The translations under genes were made by a program, and so were the position numbers. This document shows, in pieces, positions 15,554 to 29,826 of a stretch of 64,000 nucleotides of DNA. The notes beneath the pieces were generated by a model that saw nothing but the letters and a program-made list of their open reading frames with translations, ran no database searches and had not been told where the DNA came from. Origin of the DNA: Eledone cirrhosa (taxonomy: Eukaryota); assembly GCA_964016885.1 (NCBI GenBank), contig OZ024765.1:19964001-20028000 (forward strand), read 5' to 3'. The stretch's first letter is position 1. Every line of letters begins with the position of its first letter.

Positions 15554-15757
15554 TTACTTTTTCTTTTTCTTGCCGCTACTTGTGGAGTTTAGCGAACCCT
15601 TCGTCGTTGTTGAGGCTGGCATGGGGGTGCGTTGCTCCTCCAACCGGCTCGACTGCACCTTCTGTATCAGGCTAAAGAAGTCTTCATCGGGGACGGTCGG
15701 TGCCGACCGGTCGATGTCTGTTGGGAGAGAACTGCGTTGGTCTTCCAACCGGCTGCC
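15554..15757 (-). CDS. GPSM2: GPSM2 terminal coding exon K (end of GoLoco 3, GoLoco 4, stop)
   Basis: tttacag|GGC; GSRLEDQR...DEDFFSLIQKVQSSRLEEQR...SGKKKKK*. Confidence 0.95.
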   Translation of the reverse strand, partial: GSRLEDQRSSLPTDIDRSAPTVPDEDFFSLIQKVQSSRLEEQRTPMPASTTTKGSLNSTSSGKKKKK

Positions 15758-15804
15758 CTGTAAACGAAGAGAACAAGAATTAATATCAATCTTAATATTG
15801 ATGT

Positions 15805-18800
15805 AATATGTGATTAAATATGATGAATATGTGATTAAATATGATTAATATGTGATTAAATATGATTAATATGTGATTAAATATGATTAATATGTGATTA
15901 AATATGATTAAATATGATTAATATGTGATTAAATATGATTAATATGTGATTAAATATGATTAATATGTGATTAAATATGATTAATATGTGATTAAATATG
16001 ATTAATATGTGATTAAATATGATTAATATGTGATAAAATATGATTAATATGTGATTAAATATGATTAATATGTGATTAAATATGATTAATATGTGATTAA
16101 ATATGATTAATATGTGATTAAATATGATTAAATATGATTAATATGTGATTAAATATGATTAATATGTGATTAAATATGATTAAATATGATTAATATGTGA
16201 TTAAATATGATTAATATGTGATTAAATATGATTAAATATGATTAATATGTGATTAAATATGATTAATATGTGATTAAATATGATTAAATATGATTAATAT
16301 GTGATTAAATATGATTAATATGTGATTAAATATGATTAAATATGATTAATATGTGATTAAATATGATTAATATGTGATTAAATATGATTAATATGTGATT
16401 AAATATGATTAATATGTGATTAAATATGATTAAATATGATTAATATGTGATTAAATATGATTAATATGTGATTAAATATGATTAATATGTGATTAAATAT
16501 GATTAATATGTGATTAAATATGATTAATATGTGATTAAATATGATTAATATGTGATTAAATATGATGAATATGTGATTAAATATGATTAATATGTGATTA
16601 AATATGATTAATATGTGATTAAATATGATTAATATGTGATTAAATATGATTAATATGTGATTAAATATGATGAATATGTGATTAAATATGATTAATATGT
16701 GATTAAATATGATTAATATGTGATTAAATATGATTAATATGTGATTAAATATGATTAATATGTAATTAAATATGATTAATATGTGATTAAATATGATTAA
16801 TATGTGATTAAATATGATTAATATGTGATTAATATGATTAATATGTGATTAAATATGATTAATATGTGATAAAATATGATTAATATGTGATTAAATATGA
16901 TTAATATGTGATTAAATATGATTAATATGTGATTAAATATGATTAAATATGATTAATATGTGATTAAATATGATTAATATGTGATTAAATATGATTAATA
17001 TGTGATTAAATATGATTAATATGTGATTAAATATGATTAATATGTGATTAAATATGATTAATATGTGATTAAATATGATTAATATGTAATTAAATATGAT
17101 TAATATGTGATTAAATATGATTAATATGTGATTAAATATGATTAATATGTGATTAATATGATTAATATGTGATTAAATATGATTAATATGTGATTAAATA
17201 TGATTAATATGTGATTAAATATGATTAATATGTGATTAAATATGATGAATATGTGATTAAATATGATGAATATGTGATTAAATATGATGAATATGTGATT
17301 AAATATGATTAATATGTGATTAAATATGATTAAATATGATTAATATGTGATTAAATATGATTAATATGTGATTAAATATGATTAATATGTGATTAAATAT
17401 GATTAAATATGATTAATATGTGATTAAATATGATTAATATGTGATTAAATATGATTAATATGTGATAAAATATGATTAATATGTGATTAAATATGATTAA
17501 TATGTGATTAATATGTGATTAAATATGATTAATATGTGATTAAATATGATTAATATGTGATAAAATATGATTAATATGTGATTAAATATGATTAATATGT
17601 GATTAAATATGATTAATATGTGATTAAATATGATTAATATGTGATTAAATATGATTAATATGTGATTAAATATGATTAATATGTGATTAAATATGATTAA
17701 TATGTGATTAAATATGATTAATATGTGATTAAATATGATTAATATGTGATTAAATATGATTAATATGTGATTAAATATGATTAATATGTGATTAAATATG
17801 ATTAATATGTGATTAATATGATTAATATGTGATTAAATATGATTAATATGTGATTAAATATGATTAATATGTGATTAAATATGATTAATATGTGATTAAA
17901 TATGATTAATATGTGATTAAATATGATTAATATGTGATAAAATATGATTAATATGTGATTAAATATGATTAATATGTGATTAAATATGATTAATATGTGA
18001 TTAAATATGATTAATATGTGATTAAATATGATTAATATGTGATTAAATATGATTAATATGTAATTAAATATGATTAATATGTGATTAAATATGATTAATA
18101 TGTGATTAAATATGATTAATATGTGATTAAATATGATTAATATGTGATTAAATATGATTAAATATGATTAATATGTGATTAAATATGATTAATATGTGAT
18201 TAAATATGATTAATATGTGATTAAATATGATTAATATGTGATTAAATATGATTAATATGTGATTAAATATGATTAAATATGATTAATATGTGATTAAATA
18301 TGATTAATATGTGATTAAATATGATTAATATGTGATTAATATGATTAATATGTGATTAAATATGATTAATATGTGATTAAATATGATTAAATATGATTAA
18401 TATGTGATTAAATATGATTAATATGTGATTAAATATGATTAATATGTGATTAATATGATTAATATGTGATTAAATATGATTAATATGTGATTAAATATGA
18501 TTAATATGTGATTAAATATGATTAATATGTGATTAAATATGATTAATATGTGATTAAATATGATTAATATGTGATTAAATATGATTAATATGTGATTAAA
18601 TATGATTAATATGTGATAAAATATGATTAATATGTGATTAAATATGATTAATATGTGATTAAATATGATTAATATGTGATTAAATATGATTAATATGTGA
18701 TTAAATATGATTAATATGTGATTAAATATGATTAATATGTAATTAAATATGATTAATATGTGATTAAATATGATTAATATGTGATTAAATATGATTAATA

Positions 18801-20733
18801 TGTGATTAAATATGATTAATATGTGATTAAATATGATTAATATGTAATTAAATATGATTAATATGTGATTAAATATGATTAATATGTGATTAAATATGAT
18901 TAATATGTGATTAAATATGATTAATATGTGATTAAATATGATTAATACGTGATTAAATATGATTAATACGTGATTAAATATGATTAATACGTGATTAAAT
19001 ATGATTAATATGTGATTAAATATGATTAATATGTGATTAAATATGATTAATATGTGATTAAATATGATTAATATGTGATTAAATATGATTAATATGTGAT
19101 TAAATATGATTAATATGTGATTAAATATGATTAATATGTGATTAAATATGATTAATATATGATAAAATATGATTAATATGTGATTAAATATGATTAATAT
19201 GTGATTAAATATGATTAATATGTGATTAAATATGATTAATATGTGATTAAATATGATTAATATGTGATTAAATATGATTAATATGTGATTAAATATGATT
19301 AATATGTGATTAAATATGATTAATATGTGATTAAATATGATTAATATGTGATTAAATATGATTAATATGTAATTAAATATGATTAATATGTGATTAAATA
19401 TGATTAATATGTGATTAAATATGATTAATATGTGATTAATATGATTAATATGTGATTAAATATGATTAATATGTGATTAAATATGATTAATATGTGATTA
19501 AATATGATTAATATTTGATTAAATATGATTAATATGTGATTAAATATGATTAATATGTGATTAAATATGATTAATATGTGATTAAATATGATTAATATGT
19601 GATTAAATATGATTAATGTGATTAAATATGATTAATATGTGATTAATATGATTAATATGTGATTAAATATGATTAATATGTGATTAAATATGATTAATAT
19701 GTGATTAAATATGATTAATATGTGATTAAATATGATTAATATGTAATTAAATATGATTAATATGTGATTAAATATGATTAATATGTGATTAAATATGATT
19801 AATATGTGATTAAATATGATTAATATGTGATTAAATATGATTAATATGTGATTAAATATGATTAATATGTGATTAAATATGATTAATATGTGATTAATAT
19901 GATTAATATGTGATTAATATGATTAATATGTGATTAAATATGATTAATATGTGATTAAATATGATTAATATGTGATTAAATATGATTAATATGTGATTAA
20001 ATATGATTAATATGTGATTAAATATGATTAATATGTGATTAAATATGATTAATATGTGATTAAATATGATTAATATGTGATTAAATATGATTAATATGTG
20101 ATTAAATATGATTAATATGTGATTAAATATGATTAATATGTGATTAAATATGATTAATATGTGATTAAATATGATTAATATGTAATTAAATATGATTAAT
20201 ATGTGATTAAATATGATTAATATGTGATTAAATATGATTAATATGTGATTAAATATGATTAATATGTGATTAAATATGATTAATATGTGATTAAATATGA
20301 TTAATATGTAATTAAATATGATTAATATGTAATTAAATATGATTAATATGTGATTAAATATGATTAATATGTGATTAAATATGATTAATATGTGATTAAA
20401 TATGATTAATATGTGATTAAATATGATTAATATGTGATTAAATATGATTAATATGTGATTAAATATGATTAATATGTGATTAAATATGATTAATATGTGA
20501 TTAAATATGATTAATATGTGATTAAATATGATTAATATGTGATTAAATATGATTAATATGTGATTAAATATGATTAATATGTGATTAAATATGATTAATA
20601 TGTGATTAAATATGATTAATATGTAATTAAATATGATTAATATGTAATTAAATATGATTAATATGTGATTAAATATGATTAATATGTGATTAAATATGAT
20701 TAATATGTGATTAAATATGATTAATATGTGATT
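15805..20733. repeat. 21-bp tandem array, about 230 copies
   Basis: (atatgtgattaaatatgatta)n, highly homogeneous. Confidence 0.98.
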
Positions 20734-20763
20734 GTTTGTTCCCTGAATATATACATATATAAT

Positions 20764-21108
20764 GGAGGCACATGGCTTAGTAGTTAGAGCATTGGCCTTG
20801 CAATCGAAATATGTTGTGAGTTCAATTCTCAGACCGGGTGATGTGTTGTGTCCTTGAGCAAGACACTTTATTTCACATTGCTCCAGTTTACTCAGCTGTA
20901 GAAATGAGATAATAGGGACTGGGGTCCCTATCATTCCACTGCAAAGTGGTCGTGGAGGTGCCACAGCAAAAAAGCACCCAGCACTCACTGTAAATGAGGT
21001 TGGTGTTAGGAAGGGCATCCAGCTGTAGAAATCAAGCCAGAATCAGTTCCCATCCCACCCTTGCAGGCAGGGGAAAGCGGACGTAAAATGAAATGATGAT
21101 GATGATGA
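20764..21108 (+). mobile_element. SINE-A
   Basis: Near-identical to 8933-9268. Confidence 0.85.
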
Positions 21109-21214
21109 TACACATATACAGCGTGATTGAAAAGTAATTCCCTTTCAATGCCAAAAGGTACCTCACTATCCTCCAATATGAAATCTGACCAGTTATCAGT
21201 ACTTGGGAGAATAA

Positions 21215-21640
21215 CACCAACAATACCACCACCACCACCAACACCAACACCTCCACCCCCACGACCACCAACAGCACCACCACCAACACCCCCACACACC
21301 CACGACCACCACTGCCGCCACCAACAACAACCCCACCACCACCACCACCAACACCTCCACCCCCACGACCACCACCCCCATACACCCACCACCAACCCCA
21401 CGACCACCAACAGCACCACCACCAACACCCCCACACCCCCACGGCCAACAACAACCCCACCACCACCACCACCATCAACACCACCACCACCAACAACACC
21501 TCCACCCCCACGACTACCAACAGCACCACCAACATCCCCACGACCACCATTGCCGCTACCAATAACAACCCCACCACCACCACCATCAACATCACCACCA
21601 CCACCACCACCAACAACCCCACCAACAACAACAACAACAA
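21215..21640. repeat. (CAC/CAA)n low-complexity tract; opposite-strand equivalent at 46330-46985
   Basis: Degenerate trinucleotide repeats. Confidence 0.9.
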
Positions 21641-21657
21641 TTCTAATTATATCTTAC

Positions 21658-21848
21658 TTGGCATCTCATTAACATATCAAAGAATTTATCGTCTGGAACT
21701 GTGTCGTCTTTCTTCTTCTCCAGATATGGTCTGATGACCGCTCTAGAGGTCAGCCCTGGGAACTGTGGTAGACTGGCCCGCTGGTCGTTCATACGTGAAC
21801 TCTGTAAACCAACGATCATATCGATGAATTCCTCACCAGGAGTTGGAG
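21658..21848 (-). CDS. GPSM2: GPSM2 exon J (GoLoco 2 and first half of GoLoco 3)
   Basis: ttccag|CT CCA...CAA|gtaag; EEFIDMIVGLQSSRMNDQR...DDKFFDMLMRCQ. Confidence 0.95.
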
Positions 21849-21925
21849 CTGGAAAATACAAACAGATATATATATATATGTATATATAATATATAAGATC
21901 AAAAGATGGTTAAAAGAGTTCCATG

Positions 21926-21996
21926 TATTTTATTATGCGCATTTCAAAAACAAATATCATCATGCAATAACATTTGTGTTTTCATCAGATAAAATA
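21926..21996 (-). ncRNA. type I hammerhead ribozyme motif (sense to GPSM2 intron)
   Basis: tattttat-CTGATGA-aaacacaaatgtta...tgatatttgttttt-GAA-ATGCGCAT-A-ataaaata. Confidence 0.75.
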
Positions 21997-22258
21997 GGAA
22001 GACATGATATGAAGGTTAAAAAACACTTGTGGATAGTGCAGTTTTAAATCAACATATGAAAAGTAGTTTTAGATTGATGTGTGATATTGGGAAAAAAAAA
22101 AACTCTTTGAACTCTTTTAACCATCTTTTGATCTTATATATTATGTATACTCCAGTCCTACAAACTGTAGAGTGCTTCTTATCCAATATCTGCATTGCTT
22201 TATTGTACTACAATAAAACTCACCTCCTACATATATGTATATATATTTACATATATAT

Positions 22259-22796
22259 CTGGTAGAGAATGTTGAGAAGCCAGAGGGGGTCACTAATGTA
22301 GGCGGGAAGCCGCTAGAATTGGTTGAGGACTTCCTGTATTTGGGAGCAAAGATTGGGAATATGGAAGACCTGAAAATCCGCCTCTTCATTGCTGTAGTGG
22401 AGTCTGTGCTGCTGTACGGGTCTGAAACTCACTCAGATGGTAGATGGGTGCTACACGAGAATGCTGAGGATGGCTCTGAACATTAATTAGTATACACTGA
22501 GGATGAAAAACTCAGAGCTGTATGGGAGCCTCCCAAGGGTCAGCTCAAAAGTGACACAGAGGAGACTGAGGTTAACTGGACATGCTCACCGACATCCAGA
22601 GTTGACATTGCACTCAGTGCTCCTGTGGGATCCCCTATATGGACACATTGGAAGAGGGAGACCAAGGTTAACATATGTTGATGCCCTACGGACAGACACT
22701 GGTCTGTTGGAGACGCAGGATATGGCAGCGATAATGAGGGACAGAGACCGCTGGAGAGAACTCGTCCATGGATCTCGGGAATTTTACACGCCCTAG
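22259..22796 (+). mobile_element. RTE-like LINE 3' remnant (family 1)
   Basis: LELVEDFLYLGA...VESVLLYGSET...[12 protein letters not shown]...[13 protein letters not shown]...DRDRWR; internally deleted. Confidence 0.85.
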
Positions 22797-22809
22797 ATAT
22801 ATATATATG

Positions 22810-22893
<84 letters not shown>

Positions 22894-23920
22894 CGTATGT
22901 ATATATATATATATATATATATAGGGCGAAAGAACTTTTAAGAGTCAACGGCCATCCAAAAGTGTGTAAATATGTATATACACATGTACATATGTATGTA
23001 TATGTGTATGTATATGCGCGGGGACATAGAAATAGTAGAGCTGGACACCTGATCATGCGGTTAAACCACTGGGAGTGAAGGACCCCTAGCCTTTGTCAGG
23101 GCATTCTTCTAGGAGAAGGCAACTCAAGAAACTGGGATAACTCCGACATAAAACCTGCGGCTCAATAGTTACCGATGATGTTGATCTTTTCTTCTTTCCG
23201 GGTTATAGCTACTGTCTCTCAGAGTGTGGGATTGGCTCAGTGCACAGCCTTTCCTCACTTTAAAAAATATCTTCACGCACAGGCATTACACGATAGAATT
23301 AATTGATAATTATTAATAATGGTATATCGTGCAATGGCCATACTCGATAACGAGGGGGCAGCCATCATATATGTATATCTGTGTGTGTGTGTATATAAAA
23401 TAAAAATACCATAGACATTACAATACAACAGGAGGAAACATAATAATACCACTGATGATGTTGCAGATGTGTGACAAAAGAACTTTGATAGACTATATAT
23501 TTTTCTATATCTGTAATCTTAACCGTTGGTCAATCAATGATAAACATTGATTGCCAACTAAATTAACTTTGGAGATATAAAAGATACAGAAGCGAAAACC
23601 AACCAAACAGTGAGTGTGTTCTGTTATTGAACCATTGAACAACAATTATTATAGACACCATGTATATTTCCATGGGTACTTAGTACCTGTTGGAATATTT
23701 ATATCATTTTATATGTATTCTCCTTCTATGTAGAGAACAAAATGTTGTATCGTGCTGCTATATTTTTTAGCAGCATGAAGTGTCAACGAGTCTATAATAT
23801 TCCCGCTTTTACTTACGGCCTATTTATGTGTGGGTCACTTTAACGGCCTGACCTCATGCATCGGACATGAAGCGATATATTTACAAACTATGAGGCTTTA
23901 TGCCCTGTGGTATGGAAATA

Positions 23921-24001
23921 GCTGTCTGAAGAGCTAATTTCTTTCCATTGGAAATTCTCTGAATTTCCAATCTTTTGATTAGCGAAACCGTCGGTAACAG
24001 C
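23921..24001 (+). ncRNA. type I hammerhead ribozyme motif with extended stem II
   Basis: gctgt-CTGAAGA-gctaat..ttggaaattc(tct)gaatttccaa..attagc-GAA-ACCG(t)CGGT-A-acagc. Confidence 0.75.
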
Positions 24002-24117
24002 ACTAGAGCAGGTGAATATTTAAATCGTATTTTAATTTATTTAAAAGATTGTTTAATGTTTGCTTGCTCCGCTCATTTTTATAGTTCTGGTATCTCGAAT
24101 TAGTACCATTTGAATTG

Positions 24118-24505
24118 ACAGTATCGGTAGAGGGTCGGACGCCATGCTTTGACGCATAGAGTTACGGCCCTTGCCATTTTCAGTTCAAATCCCGCCGAGG
24201 TTAACTTTGCCTTTCATCCTTACGGGGTCGATAACATAAAGTACCAGTAATGCACTGGGCAATTACTGGCCTTGTGCCAAAAGTAGAAACAATTATTATA
24301 ATACAATTTATATAATAGGTGGTGGATTGGCAGTATCGGTAGAGGGTCGGACGCCATGCTTTCCAGCATAGTTACGTCCCTTTACGATCTGAGTTCAAAT
24401 CCCGCTGAGGTTGACTTTGCCTTTCATCCTTATGGGATCGATAAAATAAAGTACCAGTAATACACTGGGCAAATACTGGCCTTGTGCCAAAAGTAGAAAC
24501 AATTA
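24118..24505 (+). mobile_element. two tandem SINE-B copies (second tRNA-derived SINE family)
   Basis: tggcagtatcggtag...gagttcaaatccc...gcctttcatccttacggggtcgataaaataaagtacc. Other copies near 1060-1150(-), 8190-8377(-), 8826-8931(+), 38372-38508(-), 46982-47160(+), 59633-59900(-). Confidence 0.8.
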
Positions 24506-25181
24506 TTATAATACAATTATTATAGACACCATGTATATTTCCGTAGGTACTTAGTACCTGCTGGAATATTTATATCATTATATATGTATATATATATATA
24601 GTTATACTTGGGGAGGGTCATATTTGTGTAATATTGCCAGAATTAATAACAGAACAGACTCACTGTTTGGTTGGTTTTCGCTTCTCGCTGTCTTTTATAT
24701 CGGTAATCTAACTTACTCGGTCCTCAATGTTGCCATTGACTGACCGACGGTCAAAAATAATACAGATATAATATAGACACAAACACATATATATAGTTTA
24801 CATAATTTACATAAATCTTTCGTTGCACATCTGCAACATCGTCAGTGGTGTTATATTTTCCTCCTGTTGTGTTGTATGTCTATGCCATTTTTATTCAGTC
24901 TGTCTATATATTTATTTATTTATTTGCTTGTTTGTTTATTTTATTTTGTCTTCTTTGCGCATGCGTTTGCGTGTGTGTATAGTGTTATGTTTGCTGTGTG
25001 ATGGGTGACTAGTGTGTGTTTATGTGCTTGTTGTTATTGTGCTTGTGTATGTATTTATTTATCTTATTTTATTTACTTATTTATACTTCTCTTAGGTCAG
25101 TGTTGTTTGTTTGGGTGTTGTTGTTATTATATATATATATGTGTGTGTTTGTGTAGTAGGTGTGTGTGTGGTGTTACTTAC

Positions 25182-25374
25182 AAGATTTCCGAGGGACTTC
25201 TGGTACACTAGGCATGACGTGGGAAGATGAGGAGGATGAGGGTGTGTCTGAGTCGTCGGTAGCGCCAGACTTCTTAGGGACGCGGAAGGAACAGCGTTGG
25301 TCATCTATTCTTCGGCCCTGAGTACGGGACAACAGGTCAAAGAAGCCATCGTCGTCGGGTCCACCATCTGAAGG
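25182..25374 (-). CDS. GPSM2: GPSM2 exon I (GoLoco 1)
   Basis: (ct)n..ggcag|CCT...T|gtaagt; [30 protein letters not shown]... Confidence 0.93.
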
Positions 25375-25378
25375 CTGC

Positions 25379-25431
<53 letters not shown>

Positions 25432-25439
25432 ATAGATGG

Positions 25440-25518
<79 letters not shown>

Positions 25519-25533
25519 TATATGTATATATAC

Positions 25534-25582
<49 letters not shown>

Positions 25583-25595
25583 CATATATATATAC

Positions 25596-25668
<73 letters not shown>

Positions 25669-25685
25669 CATACATATATATATAC

Positions 25686-25728
<43 letters not shown>

Positions 25729-26036
25729 CATATATATATACATATATATATATATATATGTATATATTTACATATATATATACATACATATATATATGTA
25801 TATATACCTATATATATATACATATATATATGTATATATACATATATATATGTATGTATATATATATATATGTATATATATATACATATATATATACATA
25901 TATATATGTATATATACATATATATATATACATACATATATATATGTATATATACATATATATATATACATACATATATATATGTATATATACATATATA
26001 TATGTATATATACATATATATATATACATACATATA

Positions 26037-26106
<70 letters not shown>

Positions 26107-26154
26107 CATACATATATATATATATACATATATATATATACATACATATATATA

Positions 26155-26206
<52 letters not shown>

Positions 26207-26216
26207 CATACATATA

Positions 26217-26278
<62 letters not shown>

Positions 26279-26618
26279 ATATATATATAAATATACATAT
26301 ATGTGTGTTCTAAATAGTTTGCCAAAACTTGGCAAACTATTTAGAACACTGGTTTAACCGCTTTACTTCACTCCGAAGAAGAGATATTATCTCGAAAATT
26401 AAGGACATTTAAATAAATCTAAGGTAAAAGACTAATTGTCAACACTATCTTTATTCTATGTCCATACCTGTATTGTTTTGGCTTTATTATACATATACAA
26501 ACGTTTATACCTCATTACACAATGCTTCAAGTGAACTATAACCTCCTCCATATATGTATATATATATGTATATATATATATATATATAAATATACATATA
26601 TGTGAGTATATATGTGTG

Positions 26619-26674
<56 letters not shown>

Positions 26675-26708
26675 TATAAATATACATATATGTGAGTATA
26701 TATGTGTG

Positions 26709-26740
<32 letters not shown>

Positions 26741-26769
26741 TGTATAATACATATATATATATATGTATA

Positions 26770-26805
<36 letters not shown>

Positions 26806-26839
26806 AATACATATATATATATATATATATATGTATAAT

Positions 26840-26907
<68 letters not shown>

Positions 26908-27271
26908 TGGAATGTAGAAATGTGACAAACGAGTTGATATATATAAACAAATAGTAAAAGGAAAAAATACAGTAGAAAATGGTGGAGGCATATTTTCAGT
27001 ATAATATCAAAACATTTATTTATAAAGTGGGTATTTCAGCATTTAATAATGGTACCAGTTTCAGATTTATATGCTTTTTCAATGACAGAAGTATAAAGTG
27101 CAGTTAAATTGCATATTTAGAGTGCAGTTCACTGTTCACCTGTCTACTAATATTGCAGATCTGACTGATCAGCCAGTCTGCTAATATGCAAATCAGGCCG
27201 ATCAGTCACTGTATATTTTAGAATATATCATATATTTTCACTAGCTCTGACAGTTGGCAGTTGAACAGTGG

Positions 27272-27317
27272 GCTGTACTGATGAAGGGTGATACCCAGAA
27301 ACATTAGTGTCTGTAGT
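27272..27317 (+). ncRNA. type I hammerhead ribozyme motif (decayed)
   Basis: gctgta-CTGATGA-a-gggt(gat)accc-a-GAA-ACATTAGTGT-C-tgtagt. Confidence 0.55.
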
Positions 27318-27705
27318 TCTGTTTACATGCCAACAAAAGAGCAAGAATGAGGGGCTCATTCTACTGACATGGCCTTAAAAATGAGGTAGTTTACATAATT
27401 GCAAACGAATCGAATGTTAATATTCGAAAAACGCAGATTACATTTATTGTATTCAGCCATGTAGCGCGATAATTTAAAAAAAATTTATATATATGTATAT
27501 CACATCATCATCATCATCATCATCATCGTTTAACGTCCATGTTCCATGCTTGCATGGTTTTGGACGGGAGTTTTCCCACTTGAGGCAAGAGTGGTTGTCT
27601 TGCTCGCATAGGACTGTCTGGCGGGTTTTCTACGGCTGGATGCCCTTCCTAACACCAACCACATTTACAGTGTGGGACTGGGAGGTTTTTAACATATATA
27701 TATAT

Positions 27706-27738
<33 letters not shown>

Positions 27739-27857
27739 TATATACATATATACATATACACATATATATACATGTATATATATATATATATACATACATA
27801 TATATATATATATACATACATATATATATAGATATATATATACATACATATATATAT

Positions 27858-27888
<31 letters not shown>

Positions 27889-28117
27889 CATACATATATA
27901 TATATATATATATACATACATATATATATAGATATATATATACATACATATATATATATATATATATACATACATATATATATAGATATATATATACATA
28001 CATATATATATACATACATATATACATATACATATATATATATACATATATATATATACACGTATATATACATATATACATATACATATATATATATACA
28101 TATATATACATATATAC

Positions 28118-28148
<31 letters not shown>

Positions 28149-28227
28149 CATATATATATACATACATATATATATACATATATATATATATACATATATA
28201 TATATACATATATATATACATATATAT

Positions 28228-28871
28228 AAACGAACTAAGGAAAAAATTAGAGATAAGAGGGATCAGATGTTGTTTACTCGAGAGAAGGCTGCGTTGGTAT
28301 GGTCACGTGATGCGCATGAAAGTCGATAGCTGTATAACAAAGTGCAGGGCAATAAAGATAGACGGTAGCCATGGAGTAGGCAGACCCAGAAAAACATGGG
28401 ATGAGCTGATAAACTCCGACCTCACACACTTACACCTCTCCAAGACAATGTCACTGGACCGAGACCTTTGGCGGTACTCAGTAACAGAGAAGACCCGCCA
28501 TGCCAGTAGGCATCTCTAACAAAATACACCCCGTCCCGCCACCACCCCCACCCCATCCACACCACCCCGTTCTATGTGAAGTTATGTTGGTGCCGCGCCA
28601 TCCAGGCCGAAACAAATGAGATCGTGTAGGTGTCACGACAAAAAAACACACTGTCCACGCTGTAATGTGGCCGTGTAGGCAACACGGTAAAAACCTCCCA
28701 GACCCACACTGTAAATGTGGTTGGTGTTAGGAAGGGCATCCAACTGTAGAAAACCTGCCAGACAGTCCTATGCGAGCAAGACAATCACTCTTGCCTCAAG
28801 TGGGACTACCCCCGTCCAAACCCATGCAAGCGTGGAACATGGACGTTAAACGTTGATGATGATGATGATGA
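28228..28871 (+). mobile_element. RTE-like LINE 3' end (family 2) with 3'UTR and (GAT)n tail
   Basis: [12 protein letters not shown]...GRPRKTW...DRDLWR. Confidence 0.88.
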
Positions 28872-28926
28872 TACATATATATATATACATATATATATAC
28901 ATATATATATACATATATATATATAC

Positions 28927-28958
<32 letters not shown>

Positions 28959-29180
28959 GTATACATATATATATATATACATACATACATATATATATAT
29001 ACATATATATACATACATATACACATATATATATGCATATACATATATATATATTTCGTTTCTGAATTTGTTTAGCAAGATTCTTTATCTGAAATCGAGT
29101 GTTGAAACCGATATTGTTATACTTTGGGAGGGTCATGTTGCAACATGACCCTCCCAAAGTATAACAAAATATATATATAC

Positions 29181-29279
<99 letters not shown>

Positions 29280-29318
29280 CACATATATATACACACATAT
29301 ATATACACATATATATAC

Positions 29319-29404
<86 letters not shown>

Positions 29405-29489
29405 ATATAATAAAATGTTAGAGTATCGCGAGAGAGAATAGAGAGAAGAAGCGTTATAGAAGGAGACGATACAGATAATTAATTGCTAT

Positions 29490-29826
29490 ACATGGCTTAG
29501 TGGTTAGAGCATTGGCCTTGCAATCGAAAGGTTGTGAGTTCAATTCTCAGATCGGGTGATGTGTTGTTTCCTTGAGCAAGACACTTTATTTCACATTGCT
29601 CCAGTTTACTCAGCTGTAGAAATGAGATGATAGGGACTGTGGTCCCTATCATTCCACTGCAAAGTGATCGTGGAGGTGCCACGGCAAAAAAAGCACCCAG
29701 CACTCACTGTAAATGAGGTTGGTGTTAGGAAGGGCATCCAGCTGTAGAAATCAAGCCAGAATCAGTTCCCGTCCCACCCTTGCAAGCAGGGAAAAGCAGA
29801 CGTAAAATGAAATGATGATGATGATG
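29490..29826 (+). mobile_element. SINE-A
   Basis: Near-identical copy. Confidence 0.85.

Noticed and set aside
21006-21672. Pro/Thr-rich extensin-like and Val/Gly-rich ORFs
   Set aside because: Degenerate CAC/CAA trinucleotide tract.
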